This document shows, in pieces, positions 30,297 through 40,300 of a stretch of 64,000 nt of DNA. How positions within the stretch are numbered: position 1 is the stretch's first letter; each line of letters opens with the position of its first letter. The DNA comes from an uncultured Candidatus Saccharibacteria bacterium. Its GTDB lineage: Bacteria; Patescibacteriota; Minisyncoccia; Minisyncoccales; CG1-02-41-26. Made by a program: the position numbers and the translations under genes. The DNA lies in NCBI GenBank assembly GCA_964562675.1, contig CAZLUG010000002.1, positions 5,852-69,851 on the forward strand. The letters run 5' to 3'. The notes below the pieces were generated by a model. That model was not told where the DNA came from. It searched no databases and saw nothing but the letters and a program-made list of their open reading frames with translations.

Positions 30297-30327
30297 GTTG
30301 TCTCATTATCTAAACGTTTTAGAATTT

Positions 30328-30876
30328 ATGGAAAAATCAACGAAAAAAAAGAAAATTCCAGTTGTCTCAAGCAAAACAACTAAAACAACCAAGGCAGTGA
30401 AGATAGACAAGATAGTGAAATCTACTAAATTATCATCACCTAAATCTTCTTCCACTAATAAAAAGCCTGAAAAGAAAATCGAAAAAGAGAAATATTTTGA
30501 GTCGGTAGGGCGCAGGAAAAGCAGTCGAGCACGGATACGCCTTTTTACCCAGGGAGAAAAAGACATTGAAGTCAATAATAAACCTTTAGTTACTTATTTT
30601 CCTACCGAAGAGCTTCAAAAGATTGTTAGAGCACCTCTTGATATTATTAAAAGCTCGGATAAATTTAGAATCCAAATAAAGGTTAGGGGCGGAGGTGTCC
30701 ATTCTCAGGCAGAGGCGATGCGGCATGGCATTGCGAGAGCTTTAGTTGTTTTAAATCCTTATTTTCGTAAGAGACTGAAAAAAGCAGGGTATCTGACCCG
30801 TGATGCCAGAGTAAGAGAACGAAAGAAATTTGGTTTGAAAAGAGCCCGCCGAGCCCCGCAGTGGTCAAAGAGATAG
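30328..30876 (+). CDS. rpsI: 30S ribosomal protein S9 with Lys/Ser/Thr-rich N-terminal extension
   Basis: GRRKSSRAR, GGGVHSQAEA, RERKKFGLKRARRAPQWSKR. Confidence 0.97.
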   Translation: MEKSTKKKKIPVVSSKTTKTTKAVKIDKIVKSTKLSSPKSSSTNKKPEKKIEKEKYFESVGRRKSSRARIRLFTQGEKDIEVNNKPLVTYFPTEELQKIVRAPLDIIKSSDKFRIQIKVRGGGVHSQAEAMRHGIARALVVLNPYFRKRLKKAGYLTRDARVRERKKFGLKRARRAPQWSKR

Positions 30877-30881
30877 AAAAT

Positions 30882-30910
30882 AAAAAAAGAGCAGTTTTTA
30901 AGACTTGCTC
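30882..30910 (-). terminator. intrinsic terminator
   Basis: Minus strand GAGCAAGT...ACTGCTC stem followed by T7. Confidence 0.6.
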
Positions 30911-30927
30911 AGGTCTATAGAAAGAAA

Positions 30928-31128
30928 TTAGTCGGGAGATTTCTCTTTCGTTTCGTAAAGGAACAAAATTGTTCTGCTACTATTTGATATTGCAACTCTT
31001 ACGTCTATGATTTCAATGACATTCTTAGTAAATGCTAGCCACTTGTTGATTTTTTCTTCTCTTGCTTGATCGTCCTTATCATTAAACGCTAGCGATGTGC
31101 AATCTGAAAAAAGTTTAACAAGTTTCAT
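30928..31128 (-). CDS. small hypothetical protein (66 aa)
   Basis: AAAGGAGG-N7-ATG at 31128 (MKLVKLF...EEKINKWL...IIDV); downstream terminator. Confidence 0.65.
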   Translation of the reverse strand: MKLVKLFSDCTSLAFNDKDDQAREEKINKWLAFTKNVIEIIDVRVAISNSSRTILFLYETKEKSPD

Positions 31129-31189
31129 TCTTATCCCTCCTTTCAATAAAGTATTTATAGAATACAATATAATCGTTTATTTTTCAATT

Positions 31190-31873
31190 ATGCTCAGGGA
31201 ACTCATTGACCAATTTTATCTAGACCGGGAAAAACCTCGAGAGCAAACCCATTTTTATATTACCGATGCGGGAAAATGCCCTCGGGCCATTTTTTTTAAG
31301 TTCAAACAAGCCCCAAGAGCTCAATTAAACCCGCGTATTTTGCGAGTTTTTGACCATGGTGATTACATTCATCGCTTTATTTTACGTCCGCTTTTTACGT
31401 TAGGATTAGTGAGAGCTTCAGAAATTAATATCCCTCCTCAAGAGCTTATCGGCGGGAGAGCAGATGCTATTTTGACTTTAGAAGACGAACTTTATGTTTT
31501 AGACATCAAGAGTATGAATAGTATGATTTTTCACCGGTTGGCTGAACCAAAACCAGAGAATGTTGACCAAATTCAACTTTATCTGCACTTTTTCAAAATT
31601 AGAAAAGGACTTTTACTTTATGTCAATAAAGACACCCAAGAACTTAAGGAATTTTTAGTTAATTACGATCCTGAACTTTGTGAAAAACTTTTAAAGAATT
31701 TACGTCTTCTCAAAGAAAAAATTGACCAGAATATTATTCCTGAACCATTATCTGATTGGCCGCATAATTGGCAGTGCCGTTATTGCCAATTTAAGACAAT
31801 TTGTTCTAAAATCGGCCGAAAAGAAATGAAGTGGGATATCTTTAAACAACAGATGGAAGCTCATAAACAATAG
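31190..31873 (+). CDS. stand-alone Cas4-like PD-(D/E)XK nuclease with predicted Fe-S cluster
   Basis: N-terminal CPR, GRAD...DIKS, QIQLY, C-terminal CRYCQFKTIC; ATG at 31190. Confidence 0.85.
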   Translation: MLRELIDQFYLDREKPREQTHFYITDAGKCPRAIFFKFKQAPRAQLNPRILRVFDHGDYIHRFILRPLFTLGLVRASEINIPPQELIGGRADAILTLEDELYVLDIKSMNSMIFHRLAEPKPENVDQIQLYLHFFKIRKGLLLYVNKDTQELKEFLVNYDPELCEKLLKNLRLLKEKIDQNIIPEPLSDWPHNWQCRYCQFKTICSKIGRKEMKWDIFKQQMEAHKQ

Positions 31874-31880
31874 CCTGGCT

Positions 31881-33299
31881 TTAAAGAAAATTACTGAGGA
31901 GCATTAAGGCATTTTTACCAATAAAATAAATTCTTCCATCGCTCTGCAATTTTTCAACCAAAAGAAGCTTTGAAACCAAGGGAGTTTTAAGGGGAAAGAT
32001 GTTTAAACTGGCGGTCGGATCAATCTCGGTTATTTTGATTTCTCCGGCAATGTTCAGAACTAAATAATCATTATTTAACCAATGGCATTGTTTAATTTCT
32101 CCGGAAAAGCGATTTAAAAAGTAAGATTGGCCTTGGTTGTAAATAAAAATTTCATTCTTATTTAGAATAGCCATTTTACTGCCGTCGGGAGAAAGGATGA
32201 TTTCTCTTACTGGTTTTATTAATTCTTTAAAATTTCCTTTTTGGGTAAGATAATAAAGAGTTTGATTAGTCTTAAGAAATACCCCTAGTTTGTTTGCCCA
32301 AAAAGTGTAGTTTTGGGTCGGCTTAATAGAAATTGGTTTAAGGTTGAAGGCTTCTTTTATTTTCCCATTACTGTCGATATTGAGCAAGAAGCCTGAATTT
32401 GTCAAAACAATTATTTTATCTCCTTGGATTTGAAAAGTCGCTAAATTGTTTAATAGCGGTGAGGGCTTAAAAACTTTTTGGCCTAAAAAAACTGAAAAAA
32501 GAGTATTATTTTGCAAATAAAAAAGTTTGTCTTCCGTTGGAAAGAATTCAATATTTCGATATCCGTCTTTGAGAAAATTTAGAGGTTTTAAAGAAATCTT
32601 TCCAGATTTATAATCTCCCAGAAATTCTGTCGGAGATTTTTTTGAAACAAGGGAAAAGATAATTTCTTTTTGATTTTTGTTCCATTTGATTGGTAAAAGA
32701 TTTTTAAGTTTTAAAGTTTTTTGAAAGCCAAGAGAAGTTATTTGATTACTAGTGCCCGGAGAAACAATCTCTAGTTTTTGATTTGGATTATTTTGATTTA
32801 AGTTTACTGCCTGATCTGACTTTGAACTTGTAGTGAATTCTTCGCACAATAGTTCTTGATTATCCCTCGAAACTAGGCAGTTTGATATTTTATTAGCTAA
32901 AATAAGTAGTTGATTAGTGCGCTTAACTAAAAGGACATTAGAGAATTCACTGACTTTATTTTCTTTTACTTTGACAATTTTTTTCCAGGTAAAATAATTT
33001 GGTTTTTTTACCTCGAGCATATATTTTTTTGGCAATAAATTTGTAATGAGAAAAGGGGGAAATAAGTTTTTGACGAGGTAATTATTGGAAAAAGAGGAAA
33101 ATTGTTTTTGAAATTTTCCATCAAGATAAATTTTGGCCGGCGCATTTTTGATTCTAATCGAAATACTACCCGTTTTAAGAAAGCTTTTTTTTACCGGGTC
33201 AAATCTATAACCTTGAGAATAAAATAAAGTATAGATAGCCAAAAGGACAAAGGCAACCACGAAAAAAATAAATATAACTAAACGAATTTTTTTATTCAT
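31881..33299 (-). CDS. membrane-anchored PEGA-domain protein with probable beta-propeller C-terminus
   Basis: N-terminal TM, GYRFD...KTGSI.I...PAKIYLDG...Y.LEVKK.NY..W; later SPDG repeat. Confidence 0.7.
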   Translation of the reverse strand: MNKKIRLVIFIFFVVAFVLLAIYTLFYSQGYRFDPVKKSFLKTGSISIRIKNAPAKIYLDGKFQKQFSSFSNNYLVKNLFPPFLITNLLPKKYMLEVKKPNYFTWKKIVKVKENKVSEFSNVLLVKRTNQLLILANKISNCLVSRDNQELLCEEFTTSSKSDQAVNLNQNNPNQKLEIVSPGTSNQITSLGFQKTLKLKNLLPIKWNKNQKEIIFSLVSKKSPTEFLGDYKSGKISLKPLNFLKDGYRNIEFFPTEDKLFYLQNNTLFSVFLGQKVFKPSPLLNNLATFQIQGDKIIVLTNSGFLLNIDSNGKIKEAFNLKPISIKPTQNYTFWANKLGVFLKTNQTLYYLTQKGNFKELIKPVREIILSPDGSKMAILNKNEIFIYNQGQSYFLNRFSGEIKQCHWLNNDYLVLNIAGEIKITEIDPTASLNIFPLKTPLVSKLLLVEKLQSDGRIYFIGKNALMLLSNFL

Positions 33300-33311
33300 A
33301 TTAATCTATTT

Positions 33312-33363
33312 ATTCTAGTAAAATTAGAGTATATTTGCAAAAAAAGGGGATTTAAGCTAAAAT
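33312..33363. promoter_or_regulatory. divergent promoter pair sharing a palindromic TTGCAA -35
   Basis: TTGCAA at 33335-33340 is 17 bp from TAAAAT (+ strand, 33358) and 17 bp from TAGAAT (- strand, 33312-33317). Confidence 0.5.
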
Positions 33364-33378
33364 TAAAAATCATTAAAT

Positions 33379-34653
33379 ATGGCAGAAAGATTTATTATCA
33401 GAGGCCAAAAGCCCCTTCAAGGGACAGTAGAGATCAGCGGCTCAAAAAATGCATCAGGAGCCTTATTAGCTGCTACTCTTCTTACTAAAGAAGCATGTAT
33501 TTTAGAAAACTTGCCTCGCGTTACTGATATTTTAAACTTTCTAAAAATTATCCAAGGAATGGGAGGGACGGTGGAATGGCTTAACGAGCACACTGCCAGG
33601 ATTCAGAATAATAATCTTGACCCAAGTAAATTAGATTTTGGCTTAGTCTCCCGAGCAAGGCTTCCTGTCCTGCTTATGGGGGCTCTCTCGGCTCGATTCC
33701 CGTCATTTAAGATAACTAGGCCGGGAGGAGACCGTATAGGGCTTAGACCTATTACAACGCATCTTAAAGCTTTCAAGAATTTAGGCATCGAAATTACTCA
33801 GTCGGGAGATTTTTACATCCTAGCAAAAAAGGGAGTTCCAGAAAAAGACATTACACTTTCAGAATTTAGTGTTACAGCGACTGAGAATATATTACTTGCG
33901 ACCTCGCTAACCCCCGGGCAAAAAACGATTATTAAAGGAGCAGCCTGTGAGCCAGAAATTCAAAATTTAGCTGAGATGTTAACCAAAATGGGGGCAAGCA
34001 CAAAATTAGTTGGCCAGCATGCATTTTCGGTTGATGGGCAAAGTAAACTTAGGGGAGTAAAACAAGCTGTTATTCCTGATAGAATTGAAGCAGGCACATT
34101 TATAATCGCAACAGCTTTCACGGGAGGGAAAGTAAATATCAAAAAACTTCGTGTAGAGCACCTTGACGTTTTTTTAGAAAAACTTCTCGAAATCGGGGTG
34201 CGATTTAAAGTAGACAAAGAGAAAGAAGAGATAACGATTTATCCTTCTTTGGATTCTCTGCGCGGCAGTAAAGTCCAAGCTTTGCCTTATCCAGGTTTCC
34301 CCACCGATTTACTTCCTCTCATTGTACCTCTTCTTACCCAGGCAAAAGGAAAGAGCTTGATTCACGACCCTTTATATGAGAATCGGTTAAATTATACCCA
34401 GGAGTTAAGAAAGATGGGAGCTGATATAGAAATTGTTGATCCTCACCGAGCTTTTGTTTTTGGTAAAACAAATCTAACGGGTGTGAACATTGAATCTTGG
34501 GATATTAGAGCAGGAGCGTCTTTGGTTGTAGCGGGACTCAAAGCAGAAGGGGTGTCAACTATTGAAAATATCTATCAAATCGACCGAGGATATGAACAAA
34601 TAGAAAAAAAACTTCAGAAATTAGGAGTAAATATTAAACGAGTTAATTCTTAA
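33379..34653 (+). CDS. murA: UDP-N-acetylglucosamine 1-carboxyvinyltransferase
   Basis: SGSKNA, PGGDRIGLRP (Asp in place of the active-site Cys), DRIEAGT, YPGFPTD, DIRAGA. Confidence 0.96.
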   Translation: MAERFIIRGQKPLQGTVEISGSKNASGALLAATLLTKEACILENLPRVTDILNFLKIIQGMGGTVEWLNEHTARIQNNNLDPSKLDFGLVSRARLPVLLMGALSARFPSFKITRPGGDRIGLRPITTHLKAFKNLGIEITQSGDFYILAKKGVPEKDITLSEFSVTATENILLATSLTPGQKTIIKGAACEPEIQNLAEMLTKMGASTKLVGQHAFSVDGQSKLRGVKQAVIPDRIEAGTFIIATAFTGGKVNIKKLRVEHLDVFLEKLLEIGVRFKVDKEKEEITIYPSLDSLRGSKVQALPYPGFPTDLLPLIVPLLTQAKGKSLIHDPLYENRLNYTQELRKMGADIEIVDPHRAFVFGKTNLTGVNIESWDIRAGASLVVAGLKAEGVSTIENIYQIDRGYEQIEKKLQKLGVNIKRVNS

Positions 34654-34690
34654 CTTACCGAAACTAAACAGATTATTTTTTTTCTTTATT

Positions 34691-35698
34691 ATGTTTGTCA
34701 ATAAAATTGCAATTGATTTAGGAACCTGCAACTCACTGGTTTTTGTGCCAAAAAAGGGGATTATTTTAAACGAGCCGTCAGTGGTAGCTGTTTTGCAGCC
34801 GGAAAATAAAATTTTGGCGGTCGGCAAAGAGGCAAAAACAATGATTGGCCGAACGCCCGATTCTATCAGGGTTTACCGGCCGTTGAAGGATGGTGTTATA
34901 GCTGATTACCGAGTTACTCAGGTAATGTTGCGTTATTTTATTAAAAAAGCAAGGGGGAGTTTTGCTTTTCTTAAACCAGAAGTGGTTGTATCTGTCCCGG
35001 TGGGTAGCACTTCTACCGAAAGGCGAGCCGTCATAGAAGCAGCCTTGCATGCTAATGCCAGAATGGCTTTTGTGGCCAAGGAGCCTCTTTTAGCTGCTAT
35101 TGGAGCGGGAATTCCTATTAATGCTTGCCAAGGAAATATGATTGTTAATATTGGCGGGGGAACCTCAGAAATTGCAGTGATTTCTTTGGGTGGAATTGTC
35201 ACCGCGAGTTCCGTCAGAGTGGGAGGAGATAAAATTGACGAAGCAATAGGGGAATACATTAAGAAGAAGTACAATTTAGCAATTGGGACACAAACCGCTG
35301 AAGAGATAAAGATAAAAATAGGAACGGCTATCCCTAAAAGGAAGGAAAATACAATTGAAGTGAGAGGACGTGACTTAGTTTCTGGATTGCCGCGGAATAT
35401 TAAAGTAAGTTCTAATGAGATAGCCGGTGCTATTAAAGACGTTCTCCAAGAAATTATTAGTGTAATCAAGCAAGTTCTCAGAGATACTCCTCCCGAGCTT
35501 TCAGCCGATATTATGAATAAAGGCATTATTGTTTCTGGGGGAGGGGCGTTGTTAAGAAATATAGATGAATTGATAGCTCGTAGCACAAGCGTTCCTTGTT
35601 TCGTAGCAGAAGAACCCCTTTATTGCGTCGTTAAAGGCACGGGTGTGGTTATTGAACACCTCGACACCTATAAGAGAAGCCTCATGAGTAAAAAGTAG
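34691..35698 (+). CDS. mreB: rod shape-determining protein MreB/Mbl
   Basis: IAIDLGT, EPSVVA, RPLKDGVIAD, IGGGTSE, GGGALL. Confidence 0.97.
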   Translation: MFVNKIAIDLGTCNSLVFVPKKGIILNEPSVVAVLQPENKILAVGKEAKTMIGRTPDSIRVYRPLKDGVIADYRVTQVMLRYFIKKARGSFAFLKPEVVVSVPVGSTSTERRAVIEAALHANARMAFVAKEPLLAAIGAGIPINACQGNMIVNIGGGTSEIAVISLGGIVTASSVRVGGDKIDEAIGEYIKKKYNLAIGTQTAEEIKIKIGTAIPKRKENTIEVRGRDLVSGLPRNIKVSSNEIAGAIKDVLQEIISVIKQVLRDTPPELSADIMNKGIIVSGGGALLRNIDELIARSTSVPCFVAEEPLYCVVKGTGVVIEHLDTYKRSLMSKK

Positions 35699-35710
35699 GT
35701 TAAAAATTAA

Positions 35711-36709
35711 ATGGAGTTAATTGGCTATCAAAATCAATGGGAATTTCTTTCGAGAGAAGTCCGTAACTTAAGAGTTTCTCAGGCTTATCTTTTTTCAGGA
35801 CCGGCTGAAATAGGAAAGAGAAAAATGGCCTTGGAATTGTTAAAACTATTAAATACCAACGTTCGCGGTTTTAATCAGGCTTTTTCTCGAATTTTCCGTG
35901 AGACAGGGATGATTGAGAAGAATATTTTTCCGGATTTATATTTTGTTCAACCCCAGAATCAGGATAATTCGACCCAGGTAAAAATAAGAGGGAAAGATAT
36001 TAGCATTACTCAGATTAGAAATCTTAGAGATTTTTTAAGGTTTAAAGCTCAAATATCCCGTTTCAAAATGGCTATCGTAGATAATGCAGAGAGAATGACA
36101 ATAGATGCTCAAAACAGTCTTTTAAAAACCTTAGAGGAACCAAAAGAGCAGACAATTTTAGTGCTTATCACTTCGCAAGAAAACAGCTTGTTGGCTACGG
36201 TGCGCTCGCGAACTCGGATTTTAAGATTTTCACCGCTCTCTTCGTTAACAATGGAAAAAGCTTTCCAGGGAAAAATCTCTCCTGAAAAACTTCAAGACTT
36301 GATTTTTCTTGCTCAAGGCCGGCCTGGGCGAGCTATAAAGTTGCTTAAAAATCCAAAGCAGTTTCAAGCCGAAGTAGAAATGATTAAAACTTTTCCTAAA
36401 TTGTTTAGCAGTCCTTACTTAATACGCTTTCAGTTTGTTAAAGATTTATTGAAAGAAAACTCAAAATTTCCTGCTCCTAAAGAGTTTTTAGATATTTGTT
36501 TAATCTATTTCCGTTGGATTTTGCTAAAAGAGATTGGGTTGGGCCAAAATATTCCTTCTACTTTGGTTAAGAATTCTTATCTTTTAGGCAATTTAAACTT
36601 GGAACAGGTAAAAAAAATTATTGAATTTTTAGAAAAATTAAAAGTTTTATTGGCTAAAACAAATTTAAATTCAAAATTAGCCTTAGAAACATTTATGACT
36701 TATGTTTGA
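35711..36709 (+). CDS. holB: DNA polymerase III delta' subunit
   Basis: AYLFSGP..IGK, PDLY, AQNSLLKTLEEP, TVRSR. Confidence 0.9.
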   Translation: MELIGYQNQWEFLSREVRNLRVSQAYLFSGPAEIGKRKMALELLKLLNTNVRGFNQAFSRIFRETGMIEKNIFPDLYFVQPQNQDNSTQVKIRGKDISITQIRNLRDFLRFKAQISRFKMAIVDNAERMTIDAQNSLLKTLEEPKEQTILVLITSQENSLLATVRSRTRILRFSPLSSLTMEKAFQGKISPEKLQDLIFLAQGRPGRAIKLLKNPKQFQAEVEMIKTFPKLFSSPYLIRFQFVKDLLKENSKFPAPKEFLDICLIYFRWILLKEIGLGQNIPSTLVKNSYLLGNLNLEQVKKIIEFLEKLKVLLAKTNLNSKLALETFMTYV

Positions 36710-37256
36710 TAAAAATCTTGAAAAAATAAAAATAGAAGTTGAAGAAAAAATATCTAAATTTAAAGAAGCAATTGTTAAAATTAGAACTTCAAGAATTTCT
36801 CCTTCTTTGGTTGAAAATATCAAAGTAGATTGTTTTGGCAAAGATTTACCATTAAAAACTTTAGCTTCTATTTCCTCCCCGATGCCCAGAGAATTGCTTT
36901 TACAGCCTTGGGATAAAATATATCTTGAATCTATAGAAAAAGCTATTCAAAGATCGGGATTAGGACTTACGCCGATTTTAGATAAGGATAAAATTCGTTT
37001 AATGGCGCCTGTTTTAAACGCTGAATACCGAGAAGATTTGCTTAAACTTCTTGGCCAAGAAAAGGAGCTTGCCCGGGAGAATATTAGGCGTTTGCGGGAA
37101 TCAGCCTGGCGAGGCATACAAGATAGTTTCCAGAAAAAAGAGATTAGTGAGGACGAAAAATTTAAAGCGAAAGATAAACTTCAAGAGATTATTGATAAAG
37201 CTAATAAAAAAATCCAAGAAATTTCCCAAGCTAAGGAAAAAGAAATTGTTGTCTAA
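36702..37256 (+). CDS. frr: ribosome recycling factor
   Basis: IRTSR.SPSL, QPWDK, SGLGLTP, ISEDE, KEKEI. Confidence 0.95.
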   Translation: MFDKNLEKIKIEVEEKISKFKEAIVKIRTSRISPSLVENIKVDCFGKDLPLKTLASISSPMPRELLLQPWDKIYLESIEKAIQRSGLGLTPILDKDKIRLMAPVLNAEYREDLLKLLGQEKELARENIRRLRESAWRGIQDSFQKKEISEDEKFKAKDKLQEIIDKANKKIQEISQAKEKEIVV

Positions 37257-37336
37257 AACCATTATTTCTAAATTTTTATTTCCCAAGGATAAATCCTTAT
37301 TATCCGTAAAATTATATTTCGGTTATTTTTAAATTT

Positions 37337-40300
37337 ATGGATCTTCCAAAACGAGAGGAACAAATTATAAAATTTTGGCAGCAGAGAAAGATTTTCCAAA
37401 AGTCTCTGAAGCAGAACAAAAAGCGGCCTTATTTTAGTTTTTACGATGGGCCTCCTTTTGCTACCGGTTTACCGCATTATGGACACATTCTAGCTTCAAC
37501 CGTTAAAGACACCGTTTTACGTTATTGGTCTCAGCATCGTTATAGAGTTGAGTGGCGAGTGGGGTGGGATTGCCATGGGCTACCAGTAGAGAATCTTATT
37601 GAAAAAGAGTTAGGAGTTAAAACAAAAAAAGAGATTGAAAAGAAAATTGGTGTAGGAAAATTTAATCGAGCTTGCCGAAATTCTGTTTTTCGTTGTGTCA
37701 ACGACTTTCAAAAAATTCTTCAGCGAATAGGGCGATGGGCTGATTATGCAAATGCCTACGCTACTTTAGACCCGAATTACACCGAAAGTGTTTGGTGGGT
37801 TTTTAAAAAATTATTTGATAAAAAACTTATCTATCAGGATTACCGTGTAACTCCTTACTGCCCGCGTTGTGGCACTCCGTTGTCTAACTTTGAAGTTAAC
37901 CTAGGATACAAAAATGTTGAAGATGAATCTATTTACGTAAAATTTGCTCTTTTAGACCAGCCTCAAACTTTCTTTTTAGTTTGGACTACTACTCCCTGGA
38001 CTCTACCAGCTAATCTTGCCATAGCCGTTAACCAAAAATTTGAATATGTAAAAATTCGCCTAGAAAATAATGACAATAATCTTTCTCCTCAATTTCTTAT
38101 CTTGGCGAAAAAGCGGTTGGGCATTATTAAAGGAAATTATAAAATTATAGAAAATTTGTCTGGCCGTAAATTAGTGGGTTTGGCATATTCTCCTCTTTAC
38201 AAATTGAGAAATCATGAATTTAATCTTGAGCAAAAAAACAAAATTTTTAAGGTTGTTCCAGCTGATTTTGTTACCCTAGAGGAAGGGACAGGATTGGTGC
38301 ATATGGCCCCAGCTTTTGGGGAAGACGATCGGCAGGTAGGGAAAAAGTTTAACTTGCCTATTCTTATAACTATCAATTCCGAAGGGTCAATTTTGAAAGG
38401 ATTAGGTATTCCCGGTGAAGGAAAATTTGTTAAAGAAGCAGACAAAGACATTAAAACAGATTTAAAGAAACGAAATTTGCTTTATCGAGCAGAGAAAATT
38501 AAACATATTTATCCATTTTGTTATCGCTGTGATACCCCGCTTTTGTATTATCCCCTAAAAAGCTGGTATTTGAAGGTTACCGATTTTAGAAAACAATTAG
38601 TGGCTAACAACCAAAAAATTAATTGGCGTCCGAATTACTTAAAAAATGGGCGTTTTGGAAAATGGCTGAAAGGAGCAAGAGATTGGTGTTTATCCCGTAA
38701 TCGTTATTGGGGTGCTCCTATTCCTATTTGGGAGTGTTCTCATTGCCAAAAGAAAATAGCTGTTGGTTCAAAACAAGAATTAGGCAGACTAAGTACCACG
38801 TCTAACTTTTATTACCTTTTAAGGCATGGTGAAACTTCCTGCCATCAAAAAGGAATCATTGCCAATGATATTAACCATGATACCTGCCACTTGACTTCAG
38901 CGGGGAAAAAACAAATTCAAGAGGTGGCAAAGAAGTTAAGGAAAGAAAAAATCGATGTTATTTTTGCTTCTGATTTACGGCGCACTAAAGAAACCGCAAA
39001 CATTGTAGCTAAAACTCTTGGCCTAAAGGTAGAATTTTCTCCGAAACTTCGGGATCTGAATGTAGGACTCTACAATGGCCGTAGACTCGATTTTATTAAA
39101 GAACAAGTTTCTTTTGCAAAAAATCCCCAAGAAGCCTTTCCTAAAGGAGAAAGCTTAGTAAGCTGTTGGCAAAGAATGAAAGATGTCTTTCACGATACGG
39201 AGAGCAAATATCAAGGAAAAAAAGTACTAGTCATAGGACACGCCTTTCCCTTAAAATGCTTTGAGGGTATTCTTAAAGGCCATGGTTTATCTGAGGTGAG
39301 AGCAAAGAGAAATTTTGAAGTTGCTGAATTAAAAAAGATTGTCGGCAAAAAATGGCCCTTCAATGAAAGCGGAGAATTTGATTTTCATCGTCCCTACATT
39401 GATGAAGTTACACTCAAGTGTCCGATTTGCCATCATCCAATGAAACGCGTCCCTGAAGTTTTTGATTGCTGGTTTGAATCTGGTTCAATGCCGTATGCTC
39501 AGTGGCATTATCCTTTCAGCCACAAAAAAGTCGTGGAGAAAACTTTTCCCGCCGATTTTATTGCTGAAGGCGTAGACCAAACTCGAGGATGGTTTTATAC
39601 CTTGCATGTTTTAGCTACAGCCTTAACTCTGGAAAATATTGGCTTAGGAAAAAATAAGCCGGCCTTCAAGAATGTCATTGCCCACGGTTTAGTTCTAGGA
39701 GAAGATGGACGAAAGCTCTCTAAACACCTTAAGAATTATTCATCCCCCAATAACATTATCGACCATTACGGAGCTGATGCTTTACGTTTCTTTTTGCTGA
39801 GTTCTACGCCTATTGGACAGGATTATATTTTCTCTCAAAAAAGATTATCAATTACTTTTCGCCAAGTCATTGTAACTCTTTGGAACTCTTGGCAGTTTTT
39901 AAAAACATATTTACCAAAAGGGTTTATTTTGACGCCGAAAATTCAACCCCAAAATATTCTCGACAAATGGATTCTCTCTCGATTAGGTACTTTAGAAATT
40001 GAAATAGAAAAACAAATGAAGGCTTACCAATTGACCAAAGCAACTAGATTAATTGGAGTTTTTATAGATGATTTGTCAAATTGGTATATTCGCCGTTCGC
40101 GAATTAATTTTCAAAAAGAATCGGGAAAAACCGATAAAATAAAATCTGCCAACTTACTGGGTTTTACCTTGCTAAGATTATCCCAAATTTCTGCTCCGTT
40201 TATGCCTTTTTTAAGCGAAATGATTTATCAGTGGTTAAAAGAAAAAGCTCAATGGAAACTTCCCGAATCGGTCCATCTCACTCGTTATCCCGAAAAAGAG

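Noticed and set aside
31190-31873. CRISPR-Cas locus suggested by the Cas4-like gene
   Set aside because: No cas1 or cas2 and no repeat-spacer array were seen anywhere in the window.
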